From contig CAYSEV010000003.1 of NCBI GenBank assembly GCA_964430295.1, positions 6,184-70,183 of the forward strand: a DNA stretch of 64,000 nucleotides, written 5' to 3'. Source of the DNA: an uncultured Gammaproteobacteria bacterium (GTDB lineage Bacteria > Patescibacteriota > Microgenomatia > UBA10105 > UBA927). Numbering within the stretch: position 1 is the stretch's first letter; each line of letters starts with the position of its first letter. The notes below the pieces were generated by a model. The model made no database searches, was not told the origin of the DNA, and was given only the letters and a program-made list of their open reading frames with translations. Position numbers and translations under genes: made by a program. Shown piece after piece: positions 10,086 through 18,383 of this stretch.

Positions 10086-11894
10086 ATGTGCGGAATACTA
10101 GGATTTACCGGCAAAAGAAACAAAAAAGAACTGTCCAGACTCCTTTCTATAATTCAACATCGGGGATTTGACGGACAGTCCATCTTTATACAAAATGATG
10201 TCCACTTCGGTATGAATAGGCTTGCCATTATAGATTTGACAAAAAATCTCTATCCAATGAAATATAAAAAACTAACATTGGTATTTAATGGTGAAATCTA
10301 TAATTTTAAAGATTTGAAGAACATGTTACAACAAAAAGGCATTCACTTTAAAACAAATAGTGATGCCGAAATTATTCTCCCCCTCTATGATCTATATGGC
10401 AATAAGGCATTCAGCATGTTAGAGGGAATGTTCGCAATTAGTATTTATAACAATAAATCAAAAAAAATTCTGTTAATAAGAGATAAGTCTGGAGAAAAAC
10501 CATTATACTATGTCAAATCTGGAGATAACTTTTTTTTCTCATCAGAAATAAAGGTATTATTACAAATACCAGGAATTGCAAAGCAGTTAAATCGTCCGAG
10601 ACTCAGTGAATATTTCACGCATGGTTTTGTACACGCACCAAACACATTAATACAATCGATTAAAAAGCTCCCGCCTGCAACAGTGTTAACATTTAATGTT
10701 CAAACGCAATCATTAGTCACAAAAAAATATTGGGATGTATCTTCCTTTAACAACACTGCTATATCAATTAACGTGAGATCGTCTCGAAGTATATTAGATA
10801 AATTGCTTTCAGATTCAGTAATGTTAAGACTGATATCGGATGTCCCGATTGGTTGCTTTTTGAGCGGCGGAATTGACTCCAGTTTGATCTGCCAGTACGC
10901 AGTGCTAGTTAACCCAATGCTTCGTACGTACTCAGCGACTTTTCCGGGGTATGAAAATCAGGACGAATCAATATTTTCTTCGTATGTGGCAAAAATGTTA
11001 AAAACAAATCATACGCAAGTTGAATGTACAAGCACAGCTGTAATAGAAGTATTAGAAAATCTTGGCACATTGATAGACGAACCCATAGTTGATCCTGCAT
11101 TTGTTCCAACATTCCTTTTGGCTCGAGAAGCCAGAAAAAAAGTAAAAGTAGTTTTAACTGGAGAAGGCGCAGATGAACTTTTTGCAGGGTATTCTCGTTA
11201 CACAGTTGAAACGCAAAAAGAAAAGCTCCATAATGCAATAATCTCTTCAAAATTAACGCAATATATATGGAAACAAGTGTTTGGGAATACTCGCAGAAGA
11301 ATACTATTGCCTATTGATAAAAGATATAGTCCTCAGCATGTTTGGGATATGCATGAGTTATGTCTTGCTGAAAAATACACAAAAGAGCCGGGGTTGATGA
11401 ATGAACGATATTATTCCCCAAAAAAATCCACTCTATTTTATCTCCAGACAAATGACTTTGCACGATATCTGTCTGATCAATTATTAAACAAAGTAGATAA
11501 AGCAACAATGGCGGCAAATCTTGAAGCAAGAGCTCCGTATTTGGACTCTCGTATCATTGAGTATGCATTCTCTATACCAGACAACCAAAAACACAACTTC
11601 TTACAGGGGAAACTGGCTTTAAAAAAAGTTGCGGAAAAATATTTTCCTAAAAAATATGTATGGAGGAAAAAGCACGGTTTTGAAATGCCGTTATCTGAAT
11701 GGTTCAAAAAAGATCTTAAAATGTACGCTTACGATTCACTGTCAGCAGCAGCAAAATACCCCACTATTTTTGAATATGCCCGTTACAAACGGATTATAGA
11801 TGACCATATGAATGGTTCAAAAAATAATGCTAATAAAATATGGAGCATGATTGTCTTAACCAGATGGCTGCTTCGCAATGAAATTGTCGTATGA
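10086..11894 (+). CDS. asnB: Asparagine synthase (glutamine-hydrolysing) family; probable glycan amidotransferase
   Basis: MCGI Ntn N-terminus, RLAIID, FNGEIYN, FLSGGIDSS, LTGEGADELFAGY, EARAPYLD. Confidence 0.92.
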   Translation: MCGILGFTGKRNKKELSRLLSIIQHRGFDGQSIFIQNDVHFGMNRLAIIDLTKNLYPMKYKKLTLVFNGEIYNFKDLKNMLQQKGIHFKTNSDAEIILPLYDLYGNKAFSMLEGMFAISIYNNKSKKILLIRDKSGEKPLYYVKSGDNFFFSSEIKVLLQIPGIAKQLNRPRLSEYFTHGFVHAPNTLIQSIKKLPPATVLTFNVQTQSLVTKKYWDVSSFNNTAISINVRSSRSILDKLLSDSVMLRLISDVPIGCFLSGGIDSSLICQYAVLVNPMLRTYSATFPGYENQDESIFSSYVAKMLKTNHTQVECTSTAVIEVLENLGTLIDEPIVDPAFVPTFLLAREARKKVKVVLTGEGADELFAGYSRYTVETQKEKLHNAIISSKLTQYIWKQVFGNTRRRILLPIDKRYSPQHVWDMHELCLAEKYTKEPGLMNERYYSPKKSTLFYLQTNDFARYLSDQLLNKVDKATMAANLEARAPYLDSRIIEYAFSIPDNQKHNFLQGKLALKKVAEKYFPKKYVWRKKHGFEMPLSEWFKKDLKMYAYDSLSAAAKYPTIFEYARYKRIIDDHMNGSKNNANKIWSMIVLTRWLLRNEIVV

Positions 11895-13003
11895 GAAAAA
11901 AAGTAATCCTTATAGTGTTTTGGGATTTGGATATTGGGGGCATTCAATCACTCATACGAGATATGATTCTCTATGTTTTAAGAACACAAACAAAAATTGT
12001 CATAAAAGTATTGATTAAAAATAACACAAACAGCCATATACTAGATGCGTTAAATAAAAATGGATTTACTGATGTGTGTTATCCGAATTTGCAGCATATA
12101 AAAAATCGTTATCTACGTCAGATATATTTTTTCCTCTGGGTGGCATATATGTATATAAAAATATTTCCTGATTATTGCCTTACATTTCTAGATGTACTGT
12201 CTATATATATGATTGTTCTAAAGTTTTGTATTTTTTGGAGGCACACAAAAATTATTTTAAATGAAAATGTATTAACTTCTACAAACAATCAACTCACAAA
12301 AAAAACTTCTTGGTTCTGGGATATCTGTATTAGAATGGTATATCCGTTTTCTCATAGAATCATCGTTCCAAGTAACGCCTGCAAAAGAGATCTTATAAGT
12401 AAATATTACATACCGAAATCGAAAATTAACGTTTGTTATAATTGGACGCTTATGAAAGAAGTTGAAGAAACCAAAAAAGAATACGATCTCATATATATAG
12501 GAAGGTTTGAAAAGGAGAAAAATCCGATTTCGCTGATACATCTGCTATACAAACTGAAACAAAAAAATCCAGACATATCCCTTTGTTTGGTAGGAAAAGG
12601 TATATATAAAAAACAAATGCAAGAAAAGATACGTAATTTAAAATTAGAGAATAATGCCAAGCTCCTTGGCTATAGAGCCGATGTCAACAAACTTCTAGGC
12701 AAATCAAAAATTCTTATCACCACCACGCATAACGAAGGTTTTCCTGTATCCATGTTAGAGGCAGGTATTCAAAAAATACCTTGTGTTTCCACCAGATTTA
12801 CTGGTGTTGAGGAAATTATCTCCCATAATAAAACAGGATTTATATGTGATACACAAGAAGATATGATGAAACGTGTAGAAAAATTACTTAAAGATGATGC
12901 TATGAGGAGAGCGCTTGGATTATCTTTCAAAAAAAAAGTTGGCTTAAGATTTGGTGAACATGCCATACGAAAATTTTTATCAAAAGCGTTTAATGTAATA
13001 TGA
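11891..13003 (+). CDS. Glycosyltransferase family 4
   Basis: LDIGGIQ, YIGRFEKEKN, EGFPVSMLEA; ATGA overlap with asnB. Confidence 0.92.
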   Translation: MRKKVILIVFWDLDIGGIQSLIRDMILYVLRTQTKIVIKVLIKNNTNSHILDALNKNGFTDVCYPNLQHIKNRYLRQIYFFLWVAYMYIKIFPDYCLTFLDVLSIYMIVLKFCIFWRHTKIILNENVLTSTNNQLTKKTSWFWDICIRMVYPFSHRIIVPSNACKRDLISKYYIPKSKINVCYNWTLMKEVEETKKEYDLIYIGRFEKEKNPISLIHLLYKLKQKNPDISLCLVGKGIYKKQMQEKIRNLKLENNAKLLGYRADVNKLLGKSKILITTTHNEGFPVSMLEAGIQKIPCVSTRFTGVEEIISHNKTGFICDTQEDMMKRVEKLLKDDAMRRALGLSFKKKVGLRFGEHAIRKFLSKAFNVI

Positions 13004-14097
13004 GCAGAAAAACACTTGTTATTGTTTATTGGAATTTAGGTATTGGGGGAATTCAAAAAAGAATTCGGGATATATCTCAATCAATTTCAAAAGAAAACAG
13101 AGATTGGCATATTATACTTTTGTTGCGAAGAGAAGTAGATGGAAGTTTCCTGGATCAGGTAAAAGAACATAACAATCTCAGCATAGAGGTGTATCCATTT
13201 AATAATCAAAAAATCCGGCCTGTTGGCGGATTTTTCTTTTGGTTATTATATAAATATATTCAGATAAAACCCACTACGTGTCTTACATTTTTGCCTCTTC
13301 TAGGTATAGCCATGATACTAATTAAAAAAGCAGTATTTTGGGTCAACACGAAACTTGTTATAAATGAAGGGGTCTTACTGTCAGAATATTTATATACTAA
13401 CAAATTAACATGGTTAAAACCTTTTATATCAGCACTTTATTCAAGCGCTGAAAATATAATAGTTCCAACACTTGCTTGTAAAGAAGATTTAGAATTACAA
13501 TTCTTTTTTAAAAAAAATACTATTTTAGTCTTATCAAATTGGACGCTAATTCGAAAAGCAGCGAAAAAAGGTAAAACACTTTATGATTTGGTGTATGTGG
13601 GAAGGTTTGAAAAAGAAAAAAATGTGCTTGTACTTTGCGATGTCATTAAAAGTCTGAAAAGCACGATACCTACTATAAAAGTAATTATGGTCGGATCAGG
13701 CAGTCTATTACCCTATTTGCAGACAAAAATTAAGAAATTACAGTTAACCAAGAATATTATAATCAAAGAATTTACAGTGAAAGCTTTTCAATATATGACT
13801 CAATCTAAGGCCCTCATATTACCCTCTTTAAGTGAAGGCATGCCAAATGTCGTATTGGAGGCGGCAATGTTACGCACTCCTTCTGTGGTGGCTAATTTTA
13901 AAGGAGCTCATGAGGTAGTTATTCATGCTAAGACAGGATATGTAGCAGATACAACAGAACAACTATATACGTATAGTAAAGAAATATTGAAATATCCACA
14001 GCTAAGGATAGAGATGGGAAAGAAGGCTCAGGAATTCGTTGAATCAAAATTTACTCAGAGAGCACAAAAGAGATTTATTAGGATATTGCTTGAATAG
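13000..14097 (+). CDS. Glycosyltransferase family 4
   Basis: LGIGGIQ, YVGRFEKEKN, EGMPNVVLEAA. Confidence 0.92.
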   Translation: MSRKTLVIVYWNLGIGGIQKRIRDISQSISKENRDWHIILLLRREVDGSFLDQVKEHNNLSIEVYPFNNQKIRPVGGFFFWLLYKYIQIKPTTCLTFLPLLGIAMILIKKAVFWVNTKLVINEGVLLSEYLYTNKLTWLKPFISALYSSAENIIVPTLACKEDLELQFFFKKNTILVLSNWTLIRKAAKKGKTLYDLVYVGRFEKEKNVLVLCDVIKSLKSTIPTIKVIMVGSGSLLPYLQTKIKKLQLTKNIIIKEFTVKAFQYMTQSKALILPSLSEGMPNVVLEAAMLRTPSVVANFKGAHEVVIHAKTGYVADTTEQLYTYSKEILKYPQLRIEMGKKAQEFVESKFTQRAQKRFIRILLE

Positions 14098-14126
14098 ATT
14101 TTAGTGGTAAACGGAGCTAAAAATAT

Positions 14127-15623
14127 ATGAATATACTCAAATCCTCACATCCTTACATGATACTCATATCATTACTTCTGTGCGTGTTTATATGGCTTTG
14201 TTTTCAGGTAAATACATTTTATGTCCCAAATTCTGATTTTTTAAATTACTTGAATGTTGGGCACAGAATACTTATTAATCCATTTGATCCCTATATAACC
14301 AGCGCACCACTATATTCTATTCTTGTCTACGTATTAGAAATAATTCTTCCAATAAAACATCCAGGTATTATAGGCGGTATTATAGTAAACATACTTTTTT
14401 TTATCACTTCGCTCATATTTCTTTGGCTACTTTCAAAACGTTGGATGAATAATTATGCATTATTACCCGTCCTTTTTTTTGGCATTAATCCGGTTATGCT
14501 TTATGTTGTCCTTCAACCGTCGAATATTCCCCTATCAGTCATGCTTATTCTTATGGCGTTGTTCTACTATACATCGAAGCCAACGTTTGCGTATGTATTG
14601 GTCTTAATTGCATCTTTGACCAGAATAGAATCAATTCCAGTGCTGTTTGTATTTATTATAAGTGATCTTATATTCTACAAAAGACTGCGTTGTTCAAAAA
14701 CAATCATCGTTGCATCATTATGTATACTTGCTTGGTATATCCGTCCAATTATTCCACACGATAATTATATAGATGAAATAAAATTCCGAAGAGATGAAAT
14801 ACCTAATCTTGCATTCATCAGAAATTCATTTATTCGAGCACCTTTTTCGTATGACTTGCTCAATGCTAATAAGCCTATCGAGGCTTTCTCATCTGAGACT
14901 ATTGCGATTCTTATCATAATACTATGGATCATATTGGGGCTGCGCCGATATTATAAGCTAGATAAAGTGCGGTCTTTCGTGATTATTGGATATGTATTGG
15001 GATATATTTTTATTCATACAGTTTTTCCTGACAGGGTGATTAGGTATAGCTATCCCCTTCTTCCTTTTGTATATATGTTGATATGTTGGCCTGTTATATA
15101 TATTAATACTATATATAGTTCCTATACAAGGAATCTTTCAATTTTCTTAGTAAGTGTCCTCGCATTAGGTGTATGTTGTTTTTCAGTTGTAAATGCTCCC
15201 TTTTACATAAATGATCAAAGATGGGATAGGGCTGAAAGGCGGTTGGTTGCAGAATGGCTAAATAATAATATTCATTCCCAAACTGCAGTCTATACTTTCG
15301 AACATTACGTCTTTTCTTATTATGTAAGCAATCCTTTTATTGATTATATCGATACCACAGAAAGCAAAGCCTGGACAGATGATTTGTGCACACAAAAGGG
15401 AGATATCTATGTGGTATTTGATAATCAGACAGAATCGGATGGCGAATACTTCGATCATTTAAACGGTTTGGATTTTTTTCATCAGTTCAAAAATAATAAA
15501 TCAGCAATGTCAAAATTGAAACTAATTAAAACAATACGCATTGAAAAGCGCCACGCGGAAATATATAAATTTATTGAGAATCCAATAAATCCTTGGTGCT
15601 CATCCATATTCAATGAAACATAG
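14127..15623 (+). CDS. Polytopic membrane protein, probable GT-C fold glycosyltransferase
   Basis: More than 10 TM segments; N-terminal loop SDFLNY, APLY, LTRIE, RYSYPLLP; adjacent to a DPM1-like GT2. Confidence 0.6.
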   Translation: MNILKSSHPYMILISLLLCVFIWLCFQVNTFYVPNSDFLNYLNVGHRILINPFDPYITSAPLYSILVYVLEIILPIKHPGIIGGIIVNILFFITSLIFLWLLSKRWMNNYALLPVLFFGINPVMLYVVLQPSNIPLSVMLILMALFYYTSKPTFAYVLVLIASLTRIESIPVLFVFIISDLIFYKRLRCSKTIIVASLCILAWYIRPIIPHDNYIDEIKFRRDEIPNLAFIRNSFIRAPFSYDLLNANKPIEAFSSETIAILIIILWIILGLRRYYKLDKVRSFVIIGYVLGYIFIHTVFPDRVIRYSYPLLPFVYMLICWPVIYINTIYSSYTRNLSIFLVSVLALGVCCFSVVNAPFYINDQRWDRAERRLVAEWLNNNIHSQTAVYTFEHYVFSYYVSNPFIDYIDTTESKAWTDDLCTQKGDIYVVFDNQTESDGEYFDHLNGLDFFHQFKNNKSAMSKLKLIKTIRIEKRHAEIYKFIENPINPWCSSIFNET

Positions 15624-16365
15624 AAATAAGTATCATCCTAAAATCGTTATAATTATTCCCGCATATAATGAGTCAAGATCATTGCCAAAGCTCCTCCAAT
15701 CTATATTGAAACACAAAAATATTCATACATGTCTCGTTATTGATGATGGTTCATCAGATGGGACAGCGGATATCGCAAAACTATCTGGAGCAACTGTTCT
15801 TAAATTACCCGTAAATATGGGATCAGGATGTGCGTTATATAAAGGTATTGAATACGCCCATAAAATACACGCAGATATTGTTGTAGCATTGGATGCAGAT
15901 GGTCAACATGATCCAAAATATATACCATTATTGTTGAAGCATATACAATCAGATAAAGATTATATTATCGCAAGCAGATATATAAAACCAACGAATTACA
16001 GCACTCAAAAAAATCGTGTGATTGCCACAAAGATTATATACCTATTGTTCAATAAGTTGCTTCATATAACCGTTCATGATCCAACTTCAGGATATCGGGC
16101 TTTTGGAAGTAAAGTTTTGAAAGAATTGTCTAGCAAAAATAAATTATATTTCCCTGAACCTGAGATTATTCTCACACTTTCATTTAAAGGCTATAATATT
16201 CACGAAGTGTCAGTCCCGATGTCTCCACGTCAGTATGGGGCCTCTACCATCACGTTGACAAAAGGGATAGTATTACTTTTATATATAATAATAAAAATTC
16301 TGTACTTCAGTATCACAACCCACTGTAAGCTGTATATGTCGAAACTGAGTCAATTATTAAAATAG
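15613..16365 (+). CDS. Glycosyltransferase family 2 (polyprenol-phosphate glycosyltransferase, DPM1-like)
   Basis: IIPAYNE, VIDDGSSDGT, LDADGQHDP, DPTSGYRA. Confidence 0.92.
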   Translation: MKHRNKYHPKIVIIIPAYNESRSLPKLLQSILKHKNIHTCLVIDDGSSDGTADIAKLSGATVLKLPVNMGSGCALYKGIEYAHKIHADIVVALDADGQHDPKYIPLLLKHIQSDKDYIIASRYIKPTNYSTQKNRVIATKIIYLLFNKLLHITVHDPTSGYRAFGSKVLKELSSKNKLYFPEPEIILTLSFKGYNIHEVSVPMSPRQYGASTITLTKGIVLLLYIIIKILYFSITTHCKLYMSKLSQLLK

Positions 16366-18360
16366 TGTTGGAATCTGGTCGATAATTGAAAGAGTTCTCT
16401 CAGCATCTATTCCAATAGTGTCAAAATACCACTTAAGGCTTTGATATCTTGGACGATTTTCTAATTCTACAAGTTCGAGCGCTTTTTTTCGGGAAATGAC
16501 TCCCTCTCGAATCTGATTACTGCGAAGACCATCATTTTCAGTAAAGCCTTGAACCCTATAATATATATAATTATAGAAAGCTGGAGTCCCATCATCGATT
16601 CTCCATGTCGCAACCGTATCTGCTGGGGTTTCCCACTCAAACTTTTTGAGAGTATGCAAAATTTTCTGTTCATCCCATTTAATATAATGCCACAAGTATA
16701 CAAAATCATGAGGCATCAAGTATGTTGATGCGTATGCCCCTGCGCTATCAATTAATGAGGCATTTATATAGAGCGGATTTCGGATAAATTGTAGAATATA
16801 ATACCTCAAAAGTTGAAATTTCCCATGCATTGATAGATTATGAATTACACCGTTTGGAGTTCCGTCAAATATTCCATAATAACCGAATTTAAAACGCTCA
16901 TCCTCAAGTTGATTTCCCCTTGAGTATATGACTAGATTTATGCCAGTTTGCTTTTTGAGTCTCTCTACATAATATTCAGCCTGTTTATCTCCCGCCATAA
17001 GAAGTGTAACCATCCCCAAATCGGGTTTATGTAACCAGGCTTCGATATTTTTTTTGATATTTAATCTCTTTTGTTTAATATCTGCCGAAACCCAAATATG
17101 CTCAACCCCTAATGCAGCGCACATTCGTGATTGATTCCTCCTGGCTATATCAGTTATCATTCCCCAGTCATATGTGTACGCTATAGGATTTAGTTTTAGA
17201 ATGTGTTTGACAAAATAAAGACCATAACTACTGTCTCTCCCTCCGCTCAATGGCACTATGCAATTCTTTTTTGACGATTGCGTTTGGAATGTTGAAATGT
17301 ATTTTTTAAGTTCGTTTACGCCCAATGGTTGTTGTTTCTTATATGTATTGCAAAAATTACAAATACCATTTCGATCAAATGTTATTAGAGGCATTGTCTC
17401 AGGCATAATACATTTAGAACATCTTTTTATATGTGATATAGCCTTATAATTTGGAATGTGTGACTTTATTTTGGCAATAGAATTATTGTTAAATGTATTT
17501 AGAGAATTATTTACACGCACTGTAATGTTATTAAACACGTGGGGCGATGTGACGCTTTGTCTGTTCTGCACACAGCCGAAACGTGACACGGAATCATATG
17601 TCTGTGGTGTTACAGAAAACTCTTTGATCTCTTTACACCCGATTTGCACAATTACTCCCGTATTTGCAGCAATATTTTTGATGGTTAATTGCAGCCTGGT
17701 ATTTAAAAATTTGGAAATAATACGCTTTATGAAGTATTCTTCAGAGGCAAATATAAGAATATTATGTATTTGAACATAGAAAATTGAGCCAGTATTCGTA
17801 GCAAGGATAATTGAATTTTCAATAGTGTCAGCAAGAGCTATATTTGATTCACCATAAATTTCAGAAAATATTTTTTGAACTGATGATATGGAGCTATATC
17901 CTTTTTGTTTGAATAATTCATACAGAAGGATGAATAATTCACTGTCAGTTTTATTTTTTTTATGTAACGTTGGATATTTTTTAAAAATCTGATCTTCGTT
18001 TACTACTATTCCATTGTGTATAACTATGGAGTTTTTCCCTTGAATTGGCTGATTGTTCTGATCTTCCCTCGAATCCCCATTAGTAGCTAATCTTGAATGT
18101 CCTATGACGAAGAATGAAGTACTATTTGAATTAGAGGAAATTTCCCGAAATAATTTATTCCACTGAATTGATTTTGTGAGCACTGCCGCTTTTTCGGGCG
18201 CCTTAATAATTGTTGTTGATTTTTTGATTGAATAGGCAATTCCGGAAGCATCGCTGCCTCTTGATTCAGATAATTGAAACAAGGTCTTAATTATATCCTC
18301 GATATTAAGATCTTCTTTGGATACGTCAGTGTTTTTTATAAGGCCAAGTATTCCGCACAT
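16357..18360 (-). CDS. Fusion of a class II glutamine amidotransferase domain and a WbpG/PseA-like N-acetyl-sugar amidotransferase (PP-loop) domain
   Basis: MCGILG, GHSRLATNG, HNGIV, TDSE; then RCSKCIMP..CNFC, PLSGGRDSS, SNQIREGVISR. Confidence 0.8.
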   Translation of the reverse strand: MCGILGLIKNTDVSKEDLNIEDIIKTLFQLSESRGSDASGIAYSIKKSTTIIKAPEKAAVLTKSIQWNKLFREISSNSNSTSFFVIGHSRLATNGDSREDQNNQPIQGKNSIVIHNGIVVNEDQIFKKYPTLHKKNKTDSELFILLYELFKQKGYSSISSVQKIFSEIYGESNIALADTIENSIILATNTGSIFYVQIHNILIFASEEYFIKRIISKFLNTRLQLTIKNIAANTGVIVQIGCKEIKEFSVTPQTYDSVSRFGCVQNRQSVTSPHVFNNITVRVNNSLNTFNNNSIAKIKSHIPNYKAISHIKRCSKCIMPETMPLITFDRNGICNFCNTYKKQQPLGVNELKKYISTFQTQSSKKNCIVPLSGGRDSSYGLYFVKHILKLNPIAYTYDWGMITDIARRNQSRMCAALGVEHIWVSADIKQKRLNIKKNIEAWLHKPDLGMVTLLMAGDKQAEYYVERLKKQTGINLVIYSRGNQLEDERFKFGYYGIFDGTPNGVIHNLSMHGKFQLLRYYILQFIRNPLYINASLIDSAGAYASTYLMPHDFVYLWHYIKWDEQKILHTLKKFEWETPADTVATWRIDDGTPAFYNYIYYRVQGFTENDGLRSNQIREGVISRKKALELVELENRPRYQSLKWYFDTIGIDAERTLSIIDQIPTLF

Positions 18361-18383
18361 GTCCTAAATTGGATATATAATTA

